From: Candidatus Woesearchaeota archaeon
GTDB lineage: Archaea; Nanobdellota; Nanobdellia; Woesearchaeales; B72-G16
Direction: 5' to 3'
Assembly: GCA_003650545.1 (NCBI GenBank)
Contig: QMQO01000011.1
Coordinates: forward strand, 1-36,139
Length of the DNA stretch: 36,139 nucleotides
The notes beneath the pieces are model-generated. The model saw nothing but the letters and a program-made list of their open reading frames with translations, was not told the origin of the DNA and ran no database searches. Shown here one piece after another: positions 8,640 through 16,837 of the stretch. The translations under genes were made by a program, and so were the position numbers. The stretch's first letter is position 1. Each line of letters begins with the position of its first letter.

Positions 8640-10531
8640 TTTCTGAAATAATAGCCCTCAAAATTTTCCTTACATAAAAACGTTCCTGCAACAGGATCTG
8701 TTTTCTCTATTCGAATATATAAATAATCCTGATACTCGTTAACAGTATATGTATGGTCAGTCCAACCATCAACCGTTTTAACATTAAGCCCAGCTGCAAG
8801 ATCGCTTAACTGCAACAAGCTACCATCAGGCAACACTCTTGAAATACCATAATAAAGATAATTGTCATCATAGCCAGAAATAGATTGCGCTTCTTCAGGA
8901 TTAACATAGTTACAAAAATAATATGTACAAAGCAGACACACCCCTCCAATACAACTATAGCTTTGACCTTGTGGATCAGAGCCACACTCTACATCTGTTT
9001 GGCAGTTCTCTCCATGCATATCTTTGCAAGGAACTTTATCTGCACAATCTTGATCAGCGCAGTCTATAGCACCATCACAGTCGTCGTCTATATAATTATC
9101 ACAAATCTCTGCTACACCAGGATTAACAGCAGCAGTATTATCATCACAATCTGTATTATCATCTATATAACCAGCAGGTGCATCGCACGCCCTATTGCTT
9201 GCATCCGGATTACCATAATTATCTCCATCAGCATCTTCGTATGCTAGCGTTACACAGTCTACATTACAACTTGTTACACTGTCGTCACAATCGTTTCCTA
9301 AAGCACAGCCAAGACCATACCCATCACCATCACTATCCTGGCAGATTACAGCACAAGCAGCATCACCAGTGCAATCTGGATCGTCACAATCAACATCACC
9401 GTCGCAATCTTCGTCTATGTTGCCAATGCAAATCTCTGTTGGTGCAGCTACCCAATGACAGCCATCACACCTTTGCCCATCATATGGAATTCTACATTCT
9501 GTGCCAGAACACTCACAGGCAATACAAAAGCTACTACAATCGCTATCACCACAATCTGTTGATTCATCACAATCATTATCCTTACCATCGTCACAAACTT
9601 CTGCAACAGGCACCACAGCACCCTCACACTTACTCCATTTCCCTCCTGAACAAGTCTGGGTTCCCTTGCTACATTCGCCAATATCACTTCCACAGCTGCG
9701 CGTCTCTCCTTCATTCTCACAGCTTCCGAAATGGGTGAAGTCTTCTTCATCATTCACATAAGAAAATAACCCATAATAACTACCCTTCATCCCTTCACTC
9801 ACCCACTTATTAAAATAAAACCTTTCAAAAAAGTTAGGACCATATCCAGAGAAACTATAAGTTCCATTGGCTTTCATATCATCTATAAAACCTTCTCTAA
9901 CAGAATCTGCTACCTTTACGTTCAAATTCTTATTTATAACAAAACCCTCATGATCGACATAAAACTCACCACCTAGATGATTGCTGAATGTCCTGTCGGT
10001 AATACCGTTCATCACAAACATAGGATCCTTTATCCCAAATATCGACATGTATGTTGTAATATTGACATGCCTTGGCTCGTATTTGATATCAGAACTATCT
10101 AAACTGTAGTTAACCTCAACATCTATCTTTACAGACATAGAATTATTCAGATCTACATAAAGCTTGTTCTTCAATATCTCAAAATTTACTTCGACACCAA
10201 GAGGAATTCTAAATTCACTCAGTTTGGTTTCATAGTTGCCGATGCATTTAGAAATATTAGACTTTGCAAAATACAACATTTGAGATTCATTTTTAAACTG
10301 CGTATAAGCAATTGTATTAAAACTCTTAAAAGCACACATCCTAGTAACAGTAGCTGTATAATCTTTCATGTTAGCTATCAGATTATTCAAGCTAGCAACC
10401 TTGGTTTTTAGTACAGGAACTTCTGTTGCATATGGTTGGCTTGCCTGCATAGCTAAAAAGGCTATTATCAATAATGCAACTATAAAGATTGCTACAAGAC
10501 TAAAAAACACTGCTTTCTTGCTCAATGCCAT
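8630..10531 (-). CDS. Class III signal-peptide (pilin-like) protein with C-terminal Cys/Asp-rich MopE-like repeats; putative adhesin
   Basis: N-terminus SKKA-VFFSLVAIFIVALLII; repeats EVCDDGKDNDCD, EICIGNIDEDCDG, DSDGDGYG, DADGDNYG, DCDDNTAAVNPGVAEICDNYIDDDCDG; overlaps both neighbours. Confidence 0.85.
   Translation of the reverse strand: MALSKKAVFFSLVAIFIVALLIIAFLAMQASQPYATEVPVLKTKVASLNNLIANMKDYTATVTRMCAFKSFNTIAYTQFKNESQMLYFAKSNISKCIGNYETKLSEFRIPLGVEVNFEILKNKLYVDLNNSMSVKIDVEVNYSLDSSDIKYEPRHVNITTYMSIFGIKDPMFVMNGITDRTFSNHLGGEFYVDHEGFVINKNLNVKVADSVREGFIDDMKANGTYSFSGYGPNFFERFYFNKWVSEGMKGSYYGLFSYVNDEEDFTHFGSCENEGETRSCGSDIGECSKGTQTCSGGKWSKCEGAVVPVAEVCDDGKDNDCDESTDCGDSDCSSFCIACECSGTECRIPYDGQRCDGCHWVAAPTEICIGNIDEDCDGDVDCDDPDCTGDAACAVICQDSDGDGYGLGCALGNDCDDSVTSCNVDCVTLAYEDADGDNYGNPDASNRACDAPAGYIDDNTDCDDNTAAVNPGVAEICDNYIDDDCDGAIDCADQDCADKVPCKDMHGENCQTDVECGSDPQGQSYSCIGGVCLLCTYYFCNYVNPEEAQSISGYDDNYLYYGISRVLPDGSLLQLSDLAAGLNVKTVDGWTDHTYTVNEYQDYLYIRIEKTDPVAGTFLCKENFEGYYFRKCE
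9321..9477. repeat. Copy A of a 157-bp direct repeat (copy B at 13019-13175)
   Basis: Manual ungapped alignment shows 11 mismatches in 157 bp. Confidence 0.9.
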
Positions 10532-11040
10532 ACCTTTACCTCCACCTTATATGGTCCCCAAATTCTGTCCCCCTTTACACCAAACACATGCAACTCTGTG
10601 TTTGTTGCAGTGGTTGCTTTTACCAATGTTAGTTCAGGGTTAACAGGTGGTGGCTGGCTATAGATAATTGTATCATTTATCTCAATCTGTATTCCATAGT
10701 TCTTTGGAAGGCCTACTTTTGCTAGGCTCTTTGAAATGTTCCCCGCTAGCGTTAACTCACCTGCTTCATATAACTCACCCATAATCTCTATGGCAGTCAT
10801 CGCTCCCAATCGTGCATAATCATAATCAGCATAATCTATTATACCTTGAATCTTCGATACGTCTGCAATTTTGTTATAAGGAGTTCTAGTATAAAGATCC
10901 AACAAATCCTGTGAAAAAAACTGTGTTTGCTGTGTAGGCGCTCTACCAACAAACGCAGACAATATCACAATAAAGCCTGCTACTATTATCACTAATGCAA
11001 TTATAGCATCCATCGTAAAAAAATAGCCTTTTTTTTTCAT
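10522..11040 (-). CDS. Class III signal-peptide (pilin-like) protein
   Basis: MKKKG-YFFTMDAIIALVIIVAGFIVIL: basic leader, G at -1, hydrophobic helix. Confidence 0.85.
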   Translation of the reverse strand: MKKKGYFFTMDAIIALVIIVAGFIVILSAFVGRAPTQQTQFFSQDLLDLYTRTPYNKIADVSKIQGIIDYADYDYARLGAMTAIEIMGELYEAGELTLAGNISKSLAKVGLPKNYGIQIEINDTIIYSQPPPVNPELTLVKATTATNTELHVFGVKGDRIWGPYKVEVKVWH

Positions 11041-11052
11041 GTTAGTATATCA

Positions 11053-11571
11053 TCATGTTGTTGCTAGCTTTTCACAGCCAGCATTAAGTTCATCTCTTCT
11101 TTCCAGAGGAATATCGTTTATGTTTTTTATTACCTTAGAACAGCAAGGCACTGCCCCACCATCTTCAGCACTAACAGTTACTCCTGGTCCGCCATAGCAG
11201 AACACACGAGTTCCTGCTTTTAGCTCTGAAAGACTACCATTACTCTCTCTAAAATAAATCACAAAATCGTTTCTTAAGCCGAGTTCTCTTTTAACTAGCT
11301 CATAATCTTTCTCTATCAGTGCAGACAACTTCTTCTGATCGATCTGATTATTCACTATGAATGTGTATGGATCTTCTACTTCTGTAGCTTCAGTTGCTAC
11401 AAACCTATCTGCCAAACCAGAACTTTCTGTATCTAGGCTTTGTACCTTCTCACGGGTTCCACCTGTCCCTCTGCCAAATATCACTACCAAAGTAATTGTT
11501 ATAACCACGCCAAATACAATAAATGCTGTTAGAAGATCAAAGCTAAACTGCTGTGCTTTTTTATATTTCAC
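11053..11571 (-). CDS. Class III signal-peptide (pilin-like) protein
   Basis: GTG start with AGGTG RBS; KKA-QQFSFDLLTAFIVFGVVI. Confidence 0.85.
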   Translation of the reverse strand: MKYKKAQQFSFDLLTAFIVFGVVITITLVVIFGRGTGGTREKVQSLDTESSGLADRFVATEATEVEDPYTFIVNNQIDQKKLSALIEKDYELVKRELGLRNDFVIYFRESNGSLSELKAGTRVFCYGGPGVTVSAEDGGAVPCCSKVIKNINDIPLERRDELNAGCEKLATT

Positions 11572-11697
11572 TTTGCACCTCTTTCGTCCAAGAAAAGAAT
11601 CTATAGTTTATAAAGGTTTTGAAAAAGGAAAATGGATAAAGATAGACAAAAATCTAAAAAAATATTTTATTATTATTTTTTTCTCGTCTGAAGAAGA

Positions 11698-12132
11698 TCA
11701 AGGATTTATTTTCACAATATTTTTTACTTTCTTTATGATATTTTCACCTAGTTTCAAATCACCATTAATCAAACCAGAAATAATTTTAACCTCATCATAG
11801 ATTTCATCGTCATATTGGAGAACAAGTTCTGCCACTTCATCATTTATTATATCAAGCTTCACACTGTATTTTTTTCCATTAAGATTTGCAGGCAACATAA
11901 ATGTCCTAACATATCCATCTTCTGCACCAGCCGCAACATCCAACTCTTGTTTAATATACTCTCCAAGGTCTCTTAGAGCAAGTCTATCCCTTTCTTGTGA
12001 AAATTCAACAAACCTAATAGTAAATATCCCTATAATAGCTACAAAAATGAGCATCATCACACCAATCAACATAAGAAATTCTAAAGATGATTGGGATTTT
12101 TTTAACAGTTCCATCTTTTTTACAGGCAACAT
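11698..12132 (-). CDS. Class III signal-peptide (pilin-like) protein; start may be 12114
   Basis: KKS-QSSLEFLMLIGVMMLIFVAII with E at +5; DGYVRTFMLPANLNG. Confidence 0.85.
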   Translation of the reverse strand: MLPVKKMELLKKSQSSLEFLMLIGVMMLIFVAIIGIFTIRFVEFSQERDRLALRDLGEYIKQELDVAAGAEDGYVRTFMLPANLNGKKYSVKLDIINDEVAELVLQYDDEIYDEVKIISGLINGDLKLGENIIKKVKNIVKINP

Positions 12133-12271
12133 TTTATTCGTAAATAATTTAGTATATAATAATTTAGTATAATTATATAGTTTTTGGTTTTCTGTTTAGA
12201 CTATGTTAGTCAATCCGCCAGCTCTTCTGAAAGGAAAGATTAATAAATATTTATTCTTAACCTATAATTAT

Positions 12272-12391
12272 GATTGCATGAAACCTCGCGGTTTTATATT
12301 CCCCGCAGGAAATATAAAACGTTGAGGTGATAAAACATGCAATATGTAGGTTTAGACGTACATAAAAAATTCACCGCGAGGTTTCATAGAT
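12272..12391 (+). mobile_element. Miniature, internally deleted IS110/IS1111-like element
   Basis: Perfect 15-bp inverted repeats ATGAAACCTCGCGGT (12278-12292) and ACCGCGAGGTTTCAT (12373-12387); RBS GAGGTGA plus MQYVGLDVHKK, matching the IS110 DEDD transposase N-terminus; GAT on both flanks (12272-12274, 12389-12391). Confidence 0.75.
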
Positions 12392-12948
12392 GGCAGAAGT
12401 TAAAATTTTTTGAAGGATATACAAGTGCAGATAAACCTGGCAAAAAAGAAACTACCTGCCCTACAATAACTTTGGTTAGAGACAAAAACTTTTTAATTGT
12501 TGTTGACCCTGGTGTTTTAGAAAGCCAAAATATTTTAGTTGATACATTAAAGAGAGAAGGCCTATCATTAGAAGATATAAATATAGTTTTCATAACACAT
12601 TCGCATATAGATCACTACAGAAATACAGGAATGTTTCCTAACGCAAAAGTAATTGAATATTATGGAGTGTGGGATAAAAACGAGGTGGAAGATAGGCAAA
12701 ATCAGCTTACTGAAGATATTAAAATTATAGAAACACCTGGACACAACTATACTAGTCTTACCCTCTTGGTCAAAACAGATATAGGGATCATAGCAATATG
12801 TGGAGATGTCTTTTGGAAAGAAAATTATCCTGAAATAGATAAGTATGCTGATGATCCTGAAAAATTAAAAAAAACCAGAAAAAATCTCTTAGAAATTTCA
12901 GATTATATAATTCCAAGTCATGCAGGTATGTTTAAAGTTAAAAAATAA
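12337..12948 (+). CDS. Small MBL-fold metallo-hydrolase with a chimeric IS-derived N-terminus (possibly a pseudogene)
   Basis: IVVDPG, THSHIDH, TPGH, CGD, IIPSH motifs. The probable native start (ATG 12390, MAEVKI) is out of frame with the body. Confidence 0.75.
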   Translation: MQYVGLDVHKKFTARFHRWQKLKFFEGYTSADKPGKKETTCPTITLVRDKNFLIVVDPGVLESQNILVDTLKREGLSLEDINIVFITHSHIDHYRNTGMFPNAKVIEYYGVWDKNEVEDRQNQLTEDIKIIETPGHNYTSLTLLVKTDIGIIAICGDVFWKENYPEIDKYADDPEKLKKTRKNLLEISDYIIPSHAGMFKVKK

Positions 12949-13014
12949 CCCTTTAATAGTCCTTTCAGCTTGTCGGCTGGAATTCTTTAGGCTTCTTACG
13001 AAACCTCGCTATTT

Positions 13015-13258
13015 TCAACCATCACCATCACTATCCTGGCAGATTACAGTACAAGCAACATCACCAGTGCAATCTGGATCGTCACAATCAACATCACCGT
13101 TGCAATCTTCATCTATGTAACCAGTGCAAATCTCTGCTTGTGCAACTACCCAATGACAGCCATCACACCCTTGCCACAGTTCTGACTTTGTGTTAAACCT
13201 TTCATCTACAGAACCAGAGCCATTTGCAATCATTGTCTACGTTATTGCAGCTCTCTGC
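13015..13258 (-). pseudogene. Frameshifted fragment of a Cys-rich MopE-like repeat gene
   Basis: Reads AESCNNVDNDC/NGSGSVDE/GLTQSQNCGKGV across two single-base frameshifts, then joins a copy of 9321-9477; no signal peptide; truncated at about 13018. Confidence 0.75.
13019..13175. repeat. Copy B of the 157-bp direct repeat
   Basis: 146/157 identical to 9321-9477 by manual alignment. Confidence 0.9.
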
Positions 13259-16200
13259 TTTTGCTTTATTGCATTAGAAACCAAAATTATGTCACCAACA
13301 TCACAAACCTCGCCATTCTTATTGAAATCAAGATCATCATTGTTACACTTTACTAAAACATTAACATCGAACTTGTCAACATTAGTATCGCCATTCAAAT
13401 CGTATGTTTCAACAGCTCTAAGAACTTTTGCAATATCTCCTGAGTCACATAAGATATCATTCTTATTAAAATTAACATCGCGATTGTTACAGCTTGTCAT
13501 TGCTTTGATATCATAATCAGTAAATTTACCATCTCCATCTACATCTGCTTTAAGTCTTGTAATTGAAGTTAAATCTCCTATATCACAAACTTGGCCGTTC
13601 TTATTTAAGTCTAAATCTTTTACATTACACTTGGATACTATGTTGACATCCAACTGATTTATTTTGCCATCTTTATTCAGATCATATATTTCTATCTCAC
13701 TATTCAGCTTGGTGATATCACCGATATCACACAACTCTTTATTCTGGTTAATATCTGTGTTATGAACATTACAGTTACTCATAGCTTTTATATCGTACTT
13801 TGTTAATTTACCATCTCCGTCTACATCTGCTTTTATTTTAGTAACAGATTTTTCAACACAAATAGACCTCTTAAAGATAAGCCAACCTTGTTTAACAACC
13901 TCACACCTATCCAGAGGACACTCCTTTGCAGAATATTCACCACATGAAGCTTCAACACAAGCACCATTCTTACAAGTATAACCACTGGGACATTTAACAT
14001 AAGGAGAAACAATTACACTACCCTCGCATACTCCTTCTACAACACCTTCGCCTGTGTCTGAGCAACCTTCAAATTTGTTTTCAGAGATCTGTGTAATGCA
14101 ACAATCTGCACGTTCAATAATTTTCTTACAGCTCTCGTCTCGACATCCTCTAGTTATTCCTTTTACATAAATGTTTTTTCCATTATCCGTGTCAATGCAG
14201 ACATTCTTGTCCATGCAAACATTTTTCTTAAAAATCCAACCTTTCTTAGCTACTTGACATCTTTCTAATGGGCAATCCTCTACAGAATACTCTTTGCAAG
14301 GTGTTACCACCATTGCTGTTGATATTTTCGGTCTTTCTAATGTTCCAGTCACATAAACTCTATTATAACCCTCAATTTTACTCAACATACCTCTTGCTAT
14401 AACTCTTGCAGCAACCCTTAACATTTGTTCGTCATTTGAGAGCACAAATAAATCGTATTTACCTTTATCTTTGTCTACCTGTGAAAGTTCTATTATCGCT
14501 GTCTTAAACATTGCTTTAGGAATCTGGTTACATTTGAAATGGTTCCTTACTAGTATATTTGTATCGCAATTACCGAATATAATTAAGTTGATATCGTTGT
14601 AACTATCACCAACCTCTGTGTCAAACTTAGAAAAACTTACAGTAGACCCTTTAGGCATCAAAGATGTAGAAACATCAGTCATTGCAATAGTGTGACTGGC
14701 TGGCGCATTCACACCAACAACAAGCCGAGAATTCATCTCTCTGCCAATGACAAATGGTTCTGGAAAATCATTTAACAAATACTCCTTTGGCTTGCAATCT
14801 TCAGGACAATTGCATCTATTTTCTCCTTTTCCGCATACGCCATCCCCACACTTAATACAAACAATGCAAGGAGTTATTGGAGTTACACATGTTTCTCCGA
14901 CTGGTCTTGAGCAATTCATCTGTTTTAGGCCAGGACAACATTCCTTCTGGAAAAGTTTCATAGGTATTATTTGTGTTTCTTCTTTCTCAGCATCTAATTC
15001 TTCTTCTGCCTTTAATGTTGCGTAAACCTCTTCGCCTTCTATTGCGCAAGGTATACAACATTTTTCAGATTCTCCACCAGGACAATCATAAGGCCCTATA
15101 CTCATGTAGCCTTCGTTGCATCTCTTTTTCCAATAAGTACAGTAACCTCTTTTTAACGCAACACAATTAGGCTCAACTGAAACTGGTTTATTTCCCACCA
15201 GACATAGTTTTACAGAATCTCTCTCAGCCACATCTGTATTTAGAACTATAAAATCTACCTTAATTATTAAACCCAAGCCAGTATCAACTGCACTTTTTTC
15301 TCTTAACCAGAAATTCTTACCATTCACACTTAAACCAACTTTACCACCAGTAGTAACCACACTAACACTGACATCAAATTTTCGTCCATCAACAACGAAA
15401 GTCTTCATTTGACCTTCTTTTACATCACTCCTAATATCACAGTAAGCATCTGGAATACCAAGCACATTATTCCTCCCTAAGTAAACATCATGACTTATGC
15501 CGGCTAGCACAAGTGTAGCCTTTCCTAAAGTGCCAGTACCTATCAAAGGTTTATACATTATCTCTATAATTTCTCCTGTATTCACCACCTTGAATTCAAG
15601 TGTTCTGCTGTCTGTATCTATATCTCTATATTCAATGATGTAAACATCACCAGAGACAGCTCCCTTAGGAGCCCTTAACATGAAATATTCATCTTGTTCT
15701 ATATCATAAATAATTTTTTCTTCCCTAACACAAGCACCATTCTTACATTTACAGTTGTAAATCACTTCTTTAATAGTGTTATTTTCGCAAAAATATTCAG
15801 TCACTGCTCCACAAAAAGTTTCGCAGACCTCTCCTGGTATACAAAGTCCTGTACAATGTACACAACTGTCTGTTTTCTGCTCTCTATCAGATATAACAGT
15901 CCCCCTCACATAATAATTCAAACCACCGTCACTATCATTACATTCCATAGGCAGAGGTAAAGGTTTGCATTTTTCCCGCTTTAACAACTCTCCTGTTTTA
16001 TTATAATACCATCCTTCGGCTTTTGTGCCTACATATTTACATACAGGTGTGCCTTTTCTTGGATTATAGCACAGAAGACCACCGCCAATCATCCCTGGCA
16101 TGCTAAACCCTTTTAAACCTCTACAGCAACCATATCCATACTTTTGAGAAACTTCTTTACTTGTGTATTCGCCTTCTTTTGCACATCTACAGTCCTGCGG

Positions 16201-16641
16201 ACAGTTATGAGCGCTTTCTGTCAGAGCATCGCAAACACCATTACCACATTTAGATGTGCAGATTCCCATTGTACCAATCAGATTTGGATCCTTTGGAGGG
16301 ATCATAGTCAACCCAGAGCAACAAGGAGGAGCTTCTGGCACTAGAGGAACAGTGCCACCTTCTCTAATGCATTCTTGAGGCAAAATGACACCTCCTTCTT
16401 TTATCCACGCCTCTATCACCTTACATGGTTTTTTATATCTCTGGTATAGATTTTCTTCTGAATAATATCGAGAGATTAAATCATTTAACTTGTTTATATC
16501 TCCATTTTCAAGATAATCAAGTGCTTGCTTTTTCATCGTTTTTTCATCGATGCAATAATAAGCAGAAACCAGATTGACTAATGCAAGAAGTGTTACTAGA
16601 ACTACTAAAAACACTACGATTCTTCCAAACCTCTTTTTCAT
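13237..16641 (-). CDS. Large secreted Cys-rich surface protein with an S-layer-like segment and four C-terminal dockerin/EF-hand-like modules
   Basis: Signal peptide; CxxEG...CCxGL, CGxGVC...NCPxDC and CxDxDxGxNxYVxG repeats; LNDFPEPFV...LVVGVNAPASHTIA segment; DVDGDGK/DLNKDGK/DLNGDTN loops; own TATA (TTTATATA, 16664-16671) about 23 bp upstream. Confidence 0.85.
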   Translation of the reverse strand: MKKRFGRIVVFLVVLVTLLALVNLVSAYYCIDEKTMKKQALDYLENGDINKLNDLISRYYSEENLYQRYKKPCKVIEAWIKEGGVILPQECIREGGTVPLVPEAPPCCSGLTMIPPKDPNLIGTMGICTSKCGNGVCDALTESAHNCPQDCRCAKEGEYTSKEVSQKYGYGCCRGLKGFSMPGMIGGGLLCYNPRKGTPVCKYVGTKAEGWYYNKTGELLKREKCKPLPLPMECNDSDGGLNYYVRGTVISDREQKTDSCVHCTGLCIPGEVCETFCGAVTEYFCENNTIKEVIYNCKCKNGACVREEKIIYDIEQDEYFMLRAPKGAVSGDVYIIEYRDIDTDSRTLEFKVVNTGEIIEIMYKPLIGTGTLGKATLVLAGISHDVYLGRNNVLGIPDAYCDIRSDVKEGQMKTFVVDGRKFDVSVSVVTTGGKVGLSVNGKNFWLREKSAVDTGLGLIIKVDFIVLNTDVAERDSVKLCLVGNKPVSVEPNCVALKRGYCTYWKKRCNEGYMSIGPYDCPGGESEKCCIPCAIEGEEVYATLKAEEELDAEKEETQIIPMKLFQKECCPGLKQMNCSRPVGETCVTPITPCIVCIKCGDGVCGKGENRCNCPEDCKPKEYLLNDFPEPFVIGREMNSRLVVGVNAPASHTIAMTDVSTSLMPKGSTVSFSKFDTEVGDSYNDINLIIFGNCDTNILVRNHFKCNQIPKAMFKTAIIELSQVDKDKGKYDLFVLSNDEQMLRVAARVIARGMLSKIEGYNRVYVTGTLERPKISTAMVVTPCKEYSVEDCPLERCQVAKKGWIFKKNVCMDKNVCIDTDNGKNIYVKGITRGCRDESCKKIIERADCCITQISENKFEGCSDTGEGVVEGVCEGSVIVSPYVKCPSGYTCKNGACVEASCGEYSAKECPLDRCEVVKQGWLIFKRSICVEKSVTKIKADVDGDGKLTKYDIKAMSNCNVHNTDINQNKELCDIGDITKLNSEIEIYDLNKDGKINQLDVNIVSKCNVKDLDLNKNGQVCDIGDLTSITRLKADVDGDGKFTDYDIKAMTSCNNRDVNFNKNDILCDSGDIAKVLRAVETYDLNGDTNVDKFDVNVLVKCNNDDLDFNKNGEVCDVGDIILVSNAIKQKQRAAIT

Positions 16642-16837
16642 TAAATGAGAAATGTTTTTTTTATATATAAATATTACCTAAAATCTAAATGAAAAATTTA
16701 AATGTAACACATTTTACACTCGCAAAAATAATTATCTAATACAGATGTCAATGTTCTTAAACTAAACTTGGAATTTACTTGAACATAAGCTATCTTTCTG
16801 AAAGCTACTTAAAACTAATTAAAAGAATTTATTGTAT

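Noticed and set aside
12205..12226. tRNA 3'-end fragment or att site (AATCCGCCAGCTC)
   Set aside because: No GTTC T-loop, no cloverleaf and no integrase; resemblance too weak.
9321..13175. Diversity-generating retroelement TR/VR pair
   Set aside because: The 11 mismatches are not confined to adenines of one copy on either strand (mostly ordinary transitions), the repeat is mid-gene, and no reverse transcriptase is in the window.
13015..13239. TAG readthrough (pyrrolysine or recoding) joining the 1134-aa ORF to the in-frame 72-aa ORF
   Set aside because: The motif-bearing frame across the stop is a different one (AESCNNVDNDC), and other genes here end normally at TAG. A frameshifted fossil explains it better.
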